NCBI RefSeq assembly: GCF_006345805.1
Contig: NC_043001.1
Coordinates: 57,970,001 to 58,034,000 of the forward strand
Source of the DNA: Octopus sinensis
Lineage: Eukaryota
Length of the DNA stretch: 64,000 bases
Direction: 5' to 3'
Position 1 is the first letter of the stretch; every line of letters begins with the position of its first letter. The notes under the pieces are model-generated. The model did not search any database. It was not told where the DNA came from and saw nothing but the letters and a program-made list of their open reading frames with translations. Shown here piece after piece: positions 24,858 to 37,431 of the stretch. Made by a program: the position numbers and the translations under genes.

Positions 24858-25667
24858 AAGTTCACTTACCTGGGATTGACGGTCTCCAGCAGCCTGTCCC
24901 TCGAGCTTGAGCTGAACAGACGGATTGGCAAGGCTGCTGCTGCCATGGCTAAGGTATCCAGGAGAGTGTGGGAAAACAACATGCTCACAATAACCACCAA
25001 GATCGCAGTGTACCGAGCCTGCGTGCTGAGCACCCTACTCTACGGCAGCGAGAGCTGGACAACATAAACCCGGCAAGAATGCCGCCTCAGCGGCTTCCAC
25101 ATGCGGTGTCTTCGACGGATCCTTGGCATCTCGTGGAAGGACCGAGTACCAAACGGAGTCATCCTAGAACAGACTAATATGCCAAGCATGCATGCCCTCC
25201 TCGTTCGGAGACGACTGCGCTGGCTCGGACACGTCTGCCGCATGCAGGACGGTCGCATGCCTAAATACATCCTGTACAGCGAACTCACCACGGGATCCCG
25301 ACCCAAGGGACGTCCACAGCTACGATACAGGAATGTGTGCAAGCGCGACCTGAGGACTGCCAACATCTGTGTGGACACGTGGGAGGTAACAGCTGCTGAC
25401 CGCTCTGCCTGGCGTCGGACAGTAAGGAAAGGCGTTTCCATGGCTGAGGAAAGGAGAGCACAGCTGTGGTCGGACAGGCGGGACAGGAGGAGGACAACTG
25501 CAGCAACACCCCACACGTACCCATCGATGTTCGTGTGCAGCAACTGTACCAGGGACTGCCACTCTAGAATTGGACTGTTCAGTCACAGCAGACGCTGCTC
25601 ATCATCAAAGTAGGCCCCACACTTGGCGCGACCCATTGTCTATCAAGACAGACGGGAGAATGAAGAA
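24858..25667 (+). mobile_element. RTE-clade (BovB-like) LINE 3' fragment
   Basis: KFTYLG...RIGKA...LLYGSESWT, RLRWLGHVCRM...PKYILYSEL...GRP and C-terminal CSNC...H..RRC; one in-frame stop at 25065-25067; 3' end CCATTGTCTATCAAGAC. Confidence 0.92.
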
Positions 25668-26153
25668 ATATATATATATACAGGGTGTATGTGCATATGT
25701 GTGTGTGGTCAAATTTTATACGGTCATAAGATGATAATGGCCGCCTCATCATTGATCGTTCGCATCCGATGCAAAAGTTTACTACCACGAGAATCATGCT
25801 TTCAGCACTCACACTTTAGATTCCATAATAGTTCGCAAGCTTTTTAGACAAGGAATAATCAAGTCTGTAGGCACCTCAGTATATATATATATATATATAA
25901 TTATTTGAGGGAATATTAATCCTACCTTACAGGGTAAAAAATTCAATTTAGAAATACTAAATCAAATTTCACACAATATAATATATATATGTAAAAAAAT
26001 TAGAAAGAACCACCTTTTATCAATTCAAAATGAACAATTAAATTACACCATCTAGAAAATTACATACAATAGAAATATTAAAATTAAAATAACAATAAAA
26101 TACCAATGATTAAGTAAATTTTAAAAAAATAAAAACGTACATAATTGGTAGAA

Positions 26154-26257
26154 TAATGACACGAGTTTCGTGGCTATATTTAAGAAATTATTATAGTAAA
26201 AAAATGAATAGTAGTAGTAAACTCACCTCTTTATAAATATAGGCACTCATCAGGTTA
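26154..26257 (-). ncRNA. Hammerhead-like motif with extended stem II
   Basis: Minus strand reads UAAC-CUGAUGA-GUGCCUAUAUUU...(53 nt)...AAAUAUAGCCAC-GAAA-C(UCGU)G-UC^-AUUA. Confidence 0.65.
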
Positions 26258-26853
26258 AAAATAGACTAGAATAATAATATAATTAATTAATAAATAATAT
26301 ACTTTAATACATATATATATTTATATATATAATACTAAATATACATTAAGTGAAAACTAAAACAATACCTAAATTATTAAATACTTTAAAATTAATTAAT
26401 ATACACAATAGTAGTACAAGTCATTAAATTGTAATCAAAATAAGAAATGGTTCAAATATAGACAAGCTCATTAAATAATCTAAATATATAATTAATATAC
26501 ATGGGTAGTATCTATAGATTTAATATATCAATCTATAATATAATTGACTAGATATCAATTAATATAATACCTAATTATATTTAAATTTAATACTACATAA
26601 CAAATATACCACCTAATTAAATTAAATGTAAAAAAATCTAAATAAATAGATATAAGAATTAATATTTATCGTAACTTATATTTATCAATATATATGAAAA
26701 TGATATAATGGCGAGAATTATTTGCTAATAGAAAGTGAGAAACATTTTAGCCCCAACATTGAGGAAAGGTGCAAAAATATTAGAACCTATGACCAATACA
26801 CTATGAAGATTTTCAATCACAATCACCATTCCCCTAAAAATCCAGTCAATAAC

Positions 26854-26914
<61 letters not shown>

Positions 26915-26939
26915 GAAGAAGAAGAAGAAGAAGAAGAAG

Positions 26940-27912
26940 AAAAAGCGAATGAAGCAGACTGCAAAAAAGAACGGGCAGAATCAAATTGAGAGGCGGTGGA
27001 GCCAGAAGCCCCTGCATGGACAATGTATTCTTTGAAGCCAAAATGCTGATGTAGACCAAGCAACAACCCATCAGTGGCTGAAGAGTTCTGGATTGAAAGC
27101 AGAGACTGAAGGCTTCATACTGGCAGCACAAGATCAAAGCTTGCTTACCAGAAATTACCAGGCTAACGTTCTCCGAAACGGTACTGACCCTAAATGCAGA
27201 TTCTGCAACACATTTTACGAAACAATAGACCATCTCGTTTCGGGATGTCCTGTGCTGACACTAAACGAATGCAAAACGCGCCACGATAGGGTAGGACAGT
27301 ATATACATTGGAAGATCTGTAAACACTACGAATTCGGCACTCCTGCTAACTGGTATGAACACCATCCTCAGCCAGGTGTTGAAGTTAAAAATGTCATCAT
27401 CCTCTGGGATTTTCCAGTCAACACTGACAGAACGATCAAGGCTAATCGACTAGACATAATTGTTAAAGACAGGGAAGAAAATACCTGCAGACTAATAGAG
27501 GTAAGCGTCCCCACTGATAAAAATGTATCTGTAAAGGAATTTGACAAACTTAGTAAATATAAGGACCTGGAAATCGAAATACAAAAGATGTGGAATCTTA
27601 AAACATAAACTGTTCCTGTTATTGTAGGTGCCCTAGGTATGATAAAAAAGGGATGTCAGAAACACCTAGACAATATCCCTGGAGAACCATGTCTCAAGGA
27701 AATCCCAGAAATCGTGCTAACAAGTACTGCCCACATCCTTAGAAAAACCCTATCAATGTAAATGTTTGTGTTTGTATTACATGGAGATATTTCTCTACTT
27801 CCCCTCCCCAAGCTTTCAGCTATATTTCAACAACTCTTAACCTTCACTTGCCCTAGGGCGCTGGGTGCGCCCCGGCAAGTGATTGCATCAAACATGCAGA
27901 TTAAAAGTAAAT
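26940..27912 (+). mobile_element. Dong/R4-like non-LTR retrotransposon 3' fragment in (AAT)n
   Basis: KPLHGQ, ETEGFILAAQDQ, CCHC knuckle CRFC...ETIDHLVSGC, RHD, ILWDF, DIIV...IEVSVP...KLSKYKDL; (AAT)n lies upstream (26850-26912, then (AAG)n) and downstream from 27915. Confidence 0.92.
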
Positions 27913-28011
27913 GACAATAATAATAACAATAATAATAATAATAATAATATAATAATAATGATAATAATGATAATAATAATAATAAATAATAATAATAATA
28001 ATATAATAATA

Positions 28012-28046
<35 letters not shown>

Positions 28047-28050
<4 letters not shown>

Positions 28051-28525
28051 CAACGATCAAACTCAAAATAATACAAGATCCTAATAATATTGATAAACAA
28101 ACTAAGTTATGTCTGGATTTTAAATCATCAATATATTTTAGCGTCGAATTAATATACCCAGTGCTATTACTAGTCATGACTAATACAATCAAAAATTGGA
28201 AATAGTTCAAATATACACAAATCCATTATATAAACTAATTATATTATTAATATCTATGTATAACGAGTATATATTTAATATTTCACACGATAATAAAGTT
28301 AAACATAAAATTGATATTAAAATAAAAACTAGTTTACTTAAATGTAATACTACTTAATAAACATATCTAATTATTAGAAATTATATAATCTAACGAAACT
28401 AATTGTCAAATTAAATAATATGTAACACTTTAAATTCATATATAAAAATTAAAACATATATCAAATATCAAGCGTAAAAAATAACTATCAAGAAACTATA
28501 AATAATAATAATAATAATAATAATA

Positions 28526-28565
<40 letters not shown>

Positions 28566-28595
28566 TAATAATAATAATAAATAATAATAATAATA

Positions 28596-28651
<56 letters not shown>

Positions 28652-29103
28652 CAACGATCAAACTCAAAATAATACAAGATCCTAATAATATTGATAAACA
28701 AACTAAGTTATGTCTGGATTTTAAATCATCAATATATTTTAGCGTCGAATTAATATACCCAGTGCTATTACTAGTCATGACTAATACAATCAAAAATTGG
28801 AAATAGTTCAAATATACACAAATCCATTATATAAACTAATTATATTATTAATATCTATGTATAACGAGTATATATTTAATATTTCACACGATAATAAAGT
28901 TAAACATAAAATTGATATTAAAATAAAAACTAGTTTACTTAAATGTAATACTACTTAATAAACATATCTAATTATTAGAAATTATATAATCTAACGAAAC
29001 TAATTGTCAAATTAAATAATATGTAACACTTTAAATTCATATATAAAAATTAAAACATATATCAAATATCAAGCGTAAAAAATAACTATCAAGAAACTAT
29101 AAA
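28047..29103 (+). repeat. 601-bp tandem duplication of AT-rich sequence bounded by (AAT)n
   Basis: 28047-28502 repeats at 28648-29103; the duplicated ORF starts (28210 and 28811) are 601 apart. Confidence 0.9.
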
Positions 29104-29114
29104 TAATAATAATA

Positions 29115-29150
<36 letters not shown>

Positions 29151-29182
29151 TAATAATAATAATAATAATAACAATAATAATA

Positions 29183-29217
<35 letters not shown>

Positions 29218-29221
29218 AATA

Positions 29222-29263
<42 letters not shown>

Positions 29264-29297
29264 TAATAATATAATAATAATAATAACAATAATAATA

Positions 29298-29375
<78 letters not shown>

Positions 29376-29489
29376 CGACAACAATAATAATAACAACAAT
29401 AATAATAATTTCAAACCCAAAATGATTCCAATTTCAAAAGAATTTTATAATTTAAGTATTGTTTTAGTTTTCACTTAATGCATATTTAG

Positions 29490-29582
<93 letters not shown>

Positions 29583-29600
29583 TATACATATATATATATA

Positions 29601-29865
29601 TCAAAGTATATTTATATATTAATTAATTATTTTATTATTCTAGTTTAATCGAAGTGATTTTACTACTACCAATAATTTCTTAAATATAACAATTAAATAT
29701 AACAATTTCTTAAATATAGCCACGAATATATATATATATCAAAGTATATTTATATATTAATTAATTATTTTATTATTCTAGTTTAATCGAAGTGATTTTA
29801 CTACTACCAATAATTTCTTAAATATAACAATTAAATATAACAATTTCTTAAATATAGCCACGAAA
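29601..29865 (+). repeat. 138-bp tandem duplication
   Basis: TCAAAGTATATTTATATATT...AAATATAGCCACGAA starts at 29601 and 29739. Confidence 0.85.
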
Positions 29866-30018
29866 TATATTCTACCATTACGTTTTGAATATTTTTTTGC
29901 AGTTTAGTTCAGCATTGGTATTTTATTGTTATTTTAATTTTAATACTTCTATTATATGTAATCTTCTATATGGTGTAATATAATTGTTCATTTTGAATTG
30001 ATAAAAGGTGGTTGTTTC

Positions 30019-30057
<39 letters not shown>

Positions 30058-30306
30058 GCTTCTCCCCCCTCTGCTTAAATTCTGACCGTCCCTAAATTCC
30101 GACTTACCCTTGTTCGCTGTGCTGGCCATTTTTATTTTTACCATACGATGACCGAGACGTCAAAGCTAAGAACATTTTTCTCTTCCTTCTTTCTGTTAGT
30201 TTTTAGCTCCATCTCTTAGAATTTCGTTAAGTAAATTACTTGCTTCTCCCCACTCTGCTTAAATTCTGACCGTCCCTAAATTCCGACTGACCCTTGTTCG
30301 CTGTGC
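30058..30306 (+). repeat. About 65-bp direct repeat, offset 184
   Basis: GCTTCTCCCCNCTCTGCTTAAATTCTGACCGTCCCTAAATTCCGACTNACCCTTGTTCGCTGTGC at 30058 and 30242. Confidence 0.85.
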
Positions 30307-30400
30307 GACCACCACCAATACCGGATATCTCTCTTTTCTCTCCCCTTCCCCCTCTATTTATTCCCCTCCCTTGTCCCTATGGAACGAAGTGAAGCAAAAA

Positions 30401-31880
30401 GCTGTGTGGCTTCAGAAGAAGCAGATCAACTATCGATATGATATTCTCCATACGCCAACTTCAGGAGAAGTCCAGAGAGCAGAGAATGCCATTATATATG
30501 GCCTTCATTGATCTAACAAAGGCCTTTGACTCGGTAAGTAGAACAGGCCTCTTCACCCTGCTCCAAAAAATCGGATGTCCACGAAAGCTGCTGAGGATCA
30601 TCCACTCTTTCCATGATGAAATGCAAGGCACCATACAGCACAACGGTTCAACATCAGCCGCCTTCCAAATAAAAAACGGGGTAAAGCAAGGTTGTGTCCT
30701 CGCTCCTACATTGTTTGGCATCTTCTTCTCGCTCTTACTCTCACATGCCTTTCAGACATCAGATGATGGAGTGTTTCTGCACAGTAGAAGTGACGGGAAA
30801 CTGTTCAATCTCTCGCGCCTGCGTGCCAAGACCAAAATCAGAAACGTCCTGATCAAGGAGATGCTATTTGCTGATGATGCCGCTCTGGTATCACACACAG
30901 AAGAAGCCCTCCAAAGGTTCATTAACTGTTTTGAGCAAGCATGTAACGACTTTGGCTTAGCTATCAGCCTTAAGAAGACCAACAACATGGGTCAGGCTAC
31001 ATCGGACATCCTAAACATACATATTGGAGACCACAGATTACAAGAGGTGGAGAAGTTTACCTATCTGGGCTCTACCGTCACGTACAACCTATCCCTCGAC
31101 GCTGAGCTCAATATACGCATTGGCAGGGCAGCTGCTGCGATGGCCCAACTCTCCAAACGGGCTTGGGACAACAATAAGCTGACCAAGACCACGAAAATGA
31201 AGATCTACCAGGTATGTGTACTTAGCACTCTACGGTATGGAAGTGAGACTTGGACGCTATACACTCGCCAAGAGCGTCACCTAAACATCTTTCACCTGCG
31301 CTGCCTCCGGAAAATCCTCCGCATCAAATGGCAGAACCATATCCCCAACAAAGATGTCCTCAGGCAAGCAGGAATACCAAGCATGTTTGCACTCCTCACA
31401 GAAAGACGTATGAGATGGCTTGGGCATGTTAGCCGTATGAAAGATGGCAGAATCCCCAATGATATACTCTACGGAGAGCTTGCTAGGGGTACTAGGTCTG
31501 TGGGTAGACCGCTCTTACGTTACAAGTATGTTTGCAAAAGGGACATGAAGGCCTGCAACATCAATATTAGCGTTTGGGAGGCAGTTGCCGGCAACCGTGG
31601 AGACTGGCGACGTACCATAAGAGAGGGAATACAAAGGAGTGACAGAGAGAGAGGAGAAATGGAAAGACAAGAAAAGACGTCAACAAGAAACTATGGCATT
31701 ACAACCAGCCAGGAACAGTCTTCGCTACATTTGCGGTACCTGCCAGAGGAAGTGTTTGTCCAGGATAGGACTACACAGCAACAGCAGGAAATGTATCAGG
31801 ACATGAAATGTAAAAGCCGGACTAGACTACTTTATGCGCAACTCCATTGTCTCCCGAGACAAAAAGGATGCCAACCAACA
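30401..31880 (+). mobile_element. RTE-clade LINE, 5'-truncated, with an open reverse transcriptase region
   Basis: CGFRR.RSTIDM, FIDLTKAFDSV, GVKQGCVLAPTLF, LFADD, KFTYLGS, RWLGHV; 3' end CCATTGTCTCCCGAGAC...GATGCC followed by (TA)n. Confidence 0.95.
30438..31806 (+). pseudogene. RTE ORF2 reverse transcriptase fragment
   Basis: About 400 uninterrupted codons; a frameshift near 31650 moves the true C-terminus (ICGTCQRKCLSRIGLHSNSRKCIRT*) into another frame. Confidence 0.85.
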
Positions 31881-32646
31881 TATATATAATTATATAGGAA
31901 AATGTGTTGTTGAAAATGCACCTTAATTTCAAAACCTCGTGAATGCTTAAAATACATATATTTACATGCATATCACACCAGAGCCAACAAGATTTTTTGT
32001 TTATCAATGGTAAAAGTTTACAATTAGAAAAAAAACATTTCAATGTTGACAAATCAAAATGTTTCAATGTTGATAAATTAACATGTTCAAAACATAAGTT
32101 TAAGTTTGAATGTTTATAGCAGTCAATAAAACTAAAAGTGTATATCAATTTGTTTGAATGTACAAAATTCATTAATTTTAGTGTCATAACATGTGTGAAA
32201 TGAAAATAGTAAAAATAAAAAATGGGAATTTGGTATACAGATGACTACTGCTTACGGAACCATACTAGAGTTGGAGTGTTGGTGAGGAATAACTAGGGGA
32301 TTTGATAGATGAATTAGAATCTAGAGCAGATGGGAATAAAGTTAGAAAAATAGATATGCAAGAAGGAATAAATAAGAATCTGAATTTTTCTTAAAAGCTG
32401 GGTACATACATACATGGACCACTGAACTCAACGCGATTTTCTTTTTCATTCTACCTCTATACATTTCCTCTTATTCCTTTCTGTCGATGAGGCTCGAAAC
32501 TTAAAAGCCTTTTCCATTTTTCTCGAGCGTTATACTAATACACTTGCTTGTTGTCCCTACACCTGTCATCGCCTTTGTTTTTTTAAATAAATTTGAACTA
32601 TATATATATATATACACACGTGTGTGTGTTGGCTATGAGCGTGTAT

Positions 32647-32750
<104 letters not shown>

Positions 32751-33688
32751 GAGAGAGAGAGTGAGTTATGTGTATATATTAATATATATACATCTATGCA
32801 TACACCTATATGTGTTAATGTGGTTGTGTGTGTGTGAGTGCATTAGTATATGTATGTGTATTTATGTGTATATACGTTTATAGGGCGAAAGTGTTGGTGG
32901 AAAGTGAATGGTTGGGAGAACAGCACTGGTAAAAAGCGAAATTCTGTAGCACCACCGATAATTGACAAAGAAAAACGTCTTAGTGGCAGTACGGACATTC
33001 TGTTTGCGACATTAATGAAATGATAAAATCCCATGCCAAAAACACAAAAAATCATAAAAAGAATGACAGAAAAATGACAGCCACAAGAAGGAAACAAGTT
33101 GAAGAAATAAAAAAAAACAATGAAAAAGGAAATAAAGCACATGAACATATGACAAAACAATTAAGAAGAAAAATATACATCGCAGAAAAAGGGAATAGTT
33201 AGTAGATTGGCAACAGAGAGAAAAGGTAATTCAAAGAGAACTGATTTTTAGTCACCGGAGATATTTTGGTGCATTTATTCAGGAAGAAAACGGTTCTTTT
33301 ATGGAAATATTTTGCCATTTGAACTCACCATAGGCAATTGGATTTTGGCAAGCCGCTCTGAAATAATGCCATAGTTGCCTGCGTGGATTGAATGCAGCTG
33401 CCAGAAAACTGTACCAATTAGAGGCCAAGTACAGTTACTTACATCAAGTTGCGCACCGCATCCTATAGAAAATTCTGAAAAATTTATTTATTTATTCTGT
33501 TATTTTTATATATATTTCTTTATATTTCTCTGCGAAGTATAACTTGGTCTGTCATTGGTAAGTACTAGAGCATTTGTATAGACATGACTTATCGTACTAT
33601 ACAGCAACACATTTATACATATACCTGTCTGCGTACGCATATATATATATATTTGACGAGTGTATGTATACAATGTACGTGTAATATA

Positions 33689-34917
33689 CAGGGGTTGGAC
33701 AAAATAATGGAAACACCTAGCATCATAGCATCATAATTTTCAAATATCTGTAAAATTGTCAAAAGCTCATTTTTGTTTGTTTTTTTTATTTATTGTTAGT
33801 GTTTTGCTAAAATTGCTGTTTCTTTTCAAATATCATCCGAAAACGGTAATTACGATTCATTAAAATGACAGATCTATCGAGCTTTCAAAGAGTTCAAATT
33901 GTTGGTGCTTGTATGGCAGGCGCTAGCGAAAACAGCCGAAATGTTTGGTGTATCAAAAAGAACTATCTCGAAAGTAATGACAGCCTTTGAGAAAGAAGGA
34001 AAAACCTCTTCATCGAAACGAAACTCCGGAAAACACCAAAACTTTCAGATAGGGACCGTCGGACTCATACGCGGATTGTTATATAGGATCACAAACTTAC
34101 AGCTCCCAAAATTACAGGAGAGTTTAACAACTACCTCGAGAACCCAGTTTATACAAAAACTGTTCACCAGGAGCTGCACAAAGCCGGATTTCACGTGAAG
34201 GCTGCAATCAGAAAACCACTACTTTCAAAAAACAAACGTTGCAAAGCATTTAGAGTAGAGTAAAAACCTACAGGATTGGTCCCTATAGCAGTGGAAGAAT
34301 GCTAATTTCTCGGACGAATCTTGCTTTATCTTATTTCCGACCACCGCCCGAGTATACGTGTGGAGACAGCCAAAAGAAGCATCTGACCCAGAGTTCATTA
34401 TTCCAACTAGAGGAGGATCTGTGATGATCTGGGTGGCTATATCTTAGAAATCAGCTTGCTTAATGGTTTCTCCTCATGACAGAATTAATAGTCAATACTA
34501 TTTAATCATTATATCTGATCAAATTTATCCTATGGTTGCGGAACTGTTTCCTGAGGGAAACGCAACCTTTCAGGATGCTAATGCACCAGTTCATACAGCT
34601 AAAAGTTGTTAATGAATGGCACGAGGAATATTCTAGTGAAGTTGAACATCTTATCTGGTCACCACAGTCCCCATATCTCAATATTAATGAACATTTATGT
34701 TATATTTTAGCAACACAAGTAAGGAGTCAATATCCACCACTATTATTACTACAAGAACTGCAGATTGTTTTCGCAGAAGAATGGGCAATTCAAACTTTGT
34801 ACGAGTCCATATCTTGTTGAATTCAAGCTGTAATTACTGCTAAAGTCGGTCCTGCACAAAATTAAAATAAATTTGTTTGAAATTTTAAGGTGTTTCCATT
34901 ATTTTGTGCAATCCCTC
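33689..34917 (+). mobile_element. Full-length degenerate Tc1 (DD34E) transposon
   Basis: TIRs CAGGGGTTGGACAAAATAATGGAAACACCT and AGGTGTTTCCATTATTTTGTGCAATCCCTC with TA on both sides. ATG at 33865 (MTDLSSFQR); motifs FSDES, GGSVMIW, FQDANAP, WSPQSPYLNINE. Confidence 0.93.
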
Positions 34918-36277
34918 TATGTGTGTATATGTGTGCGAGTGTGCATGTATATATGTCAATATATATATGTGTGTATACATATAATTATATGTGTGTGTCT
35001 GTGTCTCTATGGGTGTGTGCGTGTGTGTACTAATATATATATTTAACTATATATGTTCACACACACAAACATTAACAGCCACACATATACACACACATAT
35101 ATTGTGAATATCGAGTGTCTTATCTTGATGCCGCTTAGATCAAATCTTTCGTAGAAAGAATATCTGTACTTGACCTTTACAAAGAGTCGATATTTACCTC
35201 AAATTCCCGCTTCATTTGAATTGTCGACTATTTTCTATATCTACATTGGAAACATTAATAGTCTCATTGTTAAAGTACAATGATTTCTATTTGTATTTTC
35301 TCTATTGGGTATTTCAAATAGCTTGTTAGAGGAAGGGAATATATTGCAATGATGCTATATTTTCGTAACGAGGTTGTTTTTTTTGTTTTGACACACTCTT
35401 CTATGAATTTAGTATTTTTTTCACATTTAAACTGTCCTTCGCTAAATTAAATATCATCTATAAGGAACAAGAGAAGAATATTCTGAACATTTAGTGAGCA
35501 ATAATATATCTTTAGTCTGTTGTATTTAGTGTCATGAATGCTTAGGAAGACGGTCACATTAGTTTAGAATCAAAATTCCTATTTCAAAATGACACAATTC
35601 AATGATTCATCGGCTATCAAATTTATGTAAATGATCACACTACACTACAAATGACACTTTAAGTACTATGTAAAAAAGGAGAAAAAACAAGTACGCAACA
35701 GCAGAGATGACAATTCTACACATGGCTTATATCATTAATTACCATTTCGAATGCTAGATATATTCAATCAAACAGCAAAACAACAGAACAATAAAATTCC
35801 TTTCACACATATTCTATGTACTTAAGGTACAGTAAAATAACAAAACTTTAGAAACTGGATAGTGTCAGCGGCCGTGCGTTTTACAGAAGCGTCCGTAAAC
35901 TTCCCAGCCAGAAGTGCTGATGTTTAGTTATAGTCATTCACCTCGTAGACATAGTGGTCCAGTTTTATGTAGCCTGTATCTCTGCAGCACATCTATGGAA
36001 AGACTGTGTTTTGAGTCAAAAGTGGAAGGAAAATTTCCGTCAAACAAATGTGTCGCTTCAAACTGTTTTCTTCACCCACAATTTTCTTTTTCATTCTCTT
36101 TGTCGTTCTCGTTGTTATGATTATTTTTTCTGAAGAAATAAAGCCTGAGCATTTAAAACTATTTTCCAAGCGTTAAACCAGCAACATGTTTGTCAACCTT
36201 CAGTTTTGTTTTTCACTTATAATATTACACTGTAGATATAAATGTATATGTATATATGTATATGTATATATATATAT

Positions 36278-36317
<40 letters not shown>

Positions 36318-36427
36318 TATTATATATTATATAATATATATATATATATATAATATATATATATGTATATATATATATATATGTATATATATATTTAAAA
36401 TAATATGTTACAATTACTCAATAGTCA

Positions 36428-36490
36428 AGATAAAACTCTGAGTTTCAGATGCCGAAATGGAAATCCACAACACCATCTCTTCGGTTATCT
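36428..36490 (-). ncRNA. Hammerhead-like motif, CCGAAGA core variant
   Basis: Minus strand reads AGAUAA-CCGAAGA-GAUGGUG...CGGCAUC-U-GAAA-CUC(A)GAG-UU^-UUAUCU, with a perfect 6-bp stem I. Confidence 0.65.
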
Positions 36491-37024
36491 GGGCATCTGA
36501 AAAAACGCTATGAAAAAAATAACTATATATATATATATCTATATATATATATATCTATATATATATATATTATATATATATATAATATATATATATATAT
36601 ATAAAAGTATAAATGTACATTCATTTCAAATCTTTAAGTGGTGAAGATTTACTTCATATCTGCATTTGTTTTATACTACGTGAATCTGAAACGTAAAGAG
36701 TAAATGATTTCAAAATCTCACTATTTTGCTTGACTTCATTAATACATATAATACGACGGGACGCCAGGACAAATTTCTTGCTCTCGACCCCACTTAAGGG
36801 CATATTTAACAACGATTTACATTAGTTTGTTGTATATGACTCGAGTCGAAAGTTCTACTGTTACCATGTGACCTTTCTTAAAGAAACACGTTATATGTAC
36901 ATACATCCATACACAATACACATACACACACACAGTCACACACGAACATACATGAATAAATATAATGTATATCTGTGTGTATGTATATATATATATATAT
37001 ATTATATATATATATATATATATA

Positions 37025-37088
<64 letters not shown>

Positions 37089-37098
37089 AAATATATAT

Positions 37099-37175
37099 AA
37101 TAAAACGTGAAAATCAGACAAGGTTGGAATTCCTTTTATTAATATATTCTTCTATACACAATCTCACATACACCC

Positions 37176-37217
<42 letters not shown>

Positions 37218-37297
37218 GCGGGGCGGGGGTGAGATTGTGTATAGAAGAATATATTAATAAAAGGAATTCCAACCTTGTCTGATTTTCACGTTTTATT
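37099..37297. repeat. 69-bp perfect inverted repeat around (TA)n (37099-37167 and 37229-37297)
   Basis: AATAAAACGTGAAAATCAGACAAGGTTGGAATTCC...AATCTCAC and its reverse complement. Confidence 0.92.
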
Positions 37298-37386
37298 TAC
37301 AATCTTATAATGATATAATATAATATAATATAATATAATATAATAAAATAAAATAAAATAATAAAATGTTAAATGTTCATTCTGAT

Positions 37387-37431
37387 TGAACTAGTACTCT
37401 CATGCATTAAATTATGCAATCTTCAGGTTCA
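37387..37431 (-). ncRNA. Minimal Penelope-type hammerhead, GAAA mutated to GAGA
   Basis: Minus strand reads UGAAC-CUGAAGA-UUGCAU(AAUUUA)AUGCAU-GAGA-GUAC-UA^-GUUCA, with palindromic AGUACU at stem III. Confidence 0.7.

Larger units (their letters stand above)
26000..30021. repeat. Diverged inverted repeat pair (about 26000-26380 and about 29445-30021)
   Basis: ACCACCTTTTATCAATTCAAAATGAACAATTA is mirrored by TAATTGTTCATTTTGAATTGATAAAAGGTGGT, and CATTAAGTGAAAACTAAAACAATAC by GTATTGTTTTAGTTTTCACTTAATG. Confidence 0.8.

Noticed and set aside
30871-30877. CTGATGA hammerhead-like heptamer
   Set aside because: It encodes part of the RT LFADD motif and has no stems or GAAA partner.
31650-31889. C-terminal part of the 483-aa ORF as a novel domain
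   Set aside because: It is out-of-frame read-through after a frameshift; the true RTE C-terminus is in another frame.
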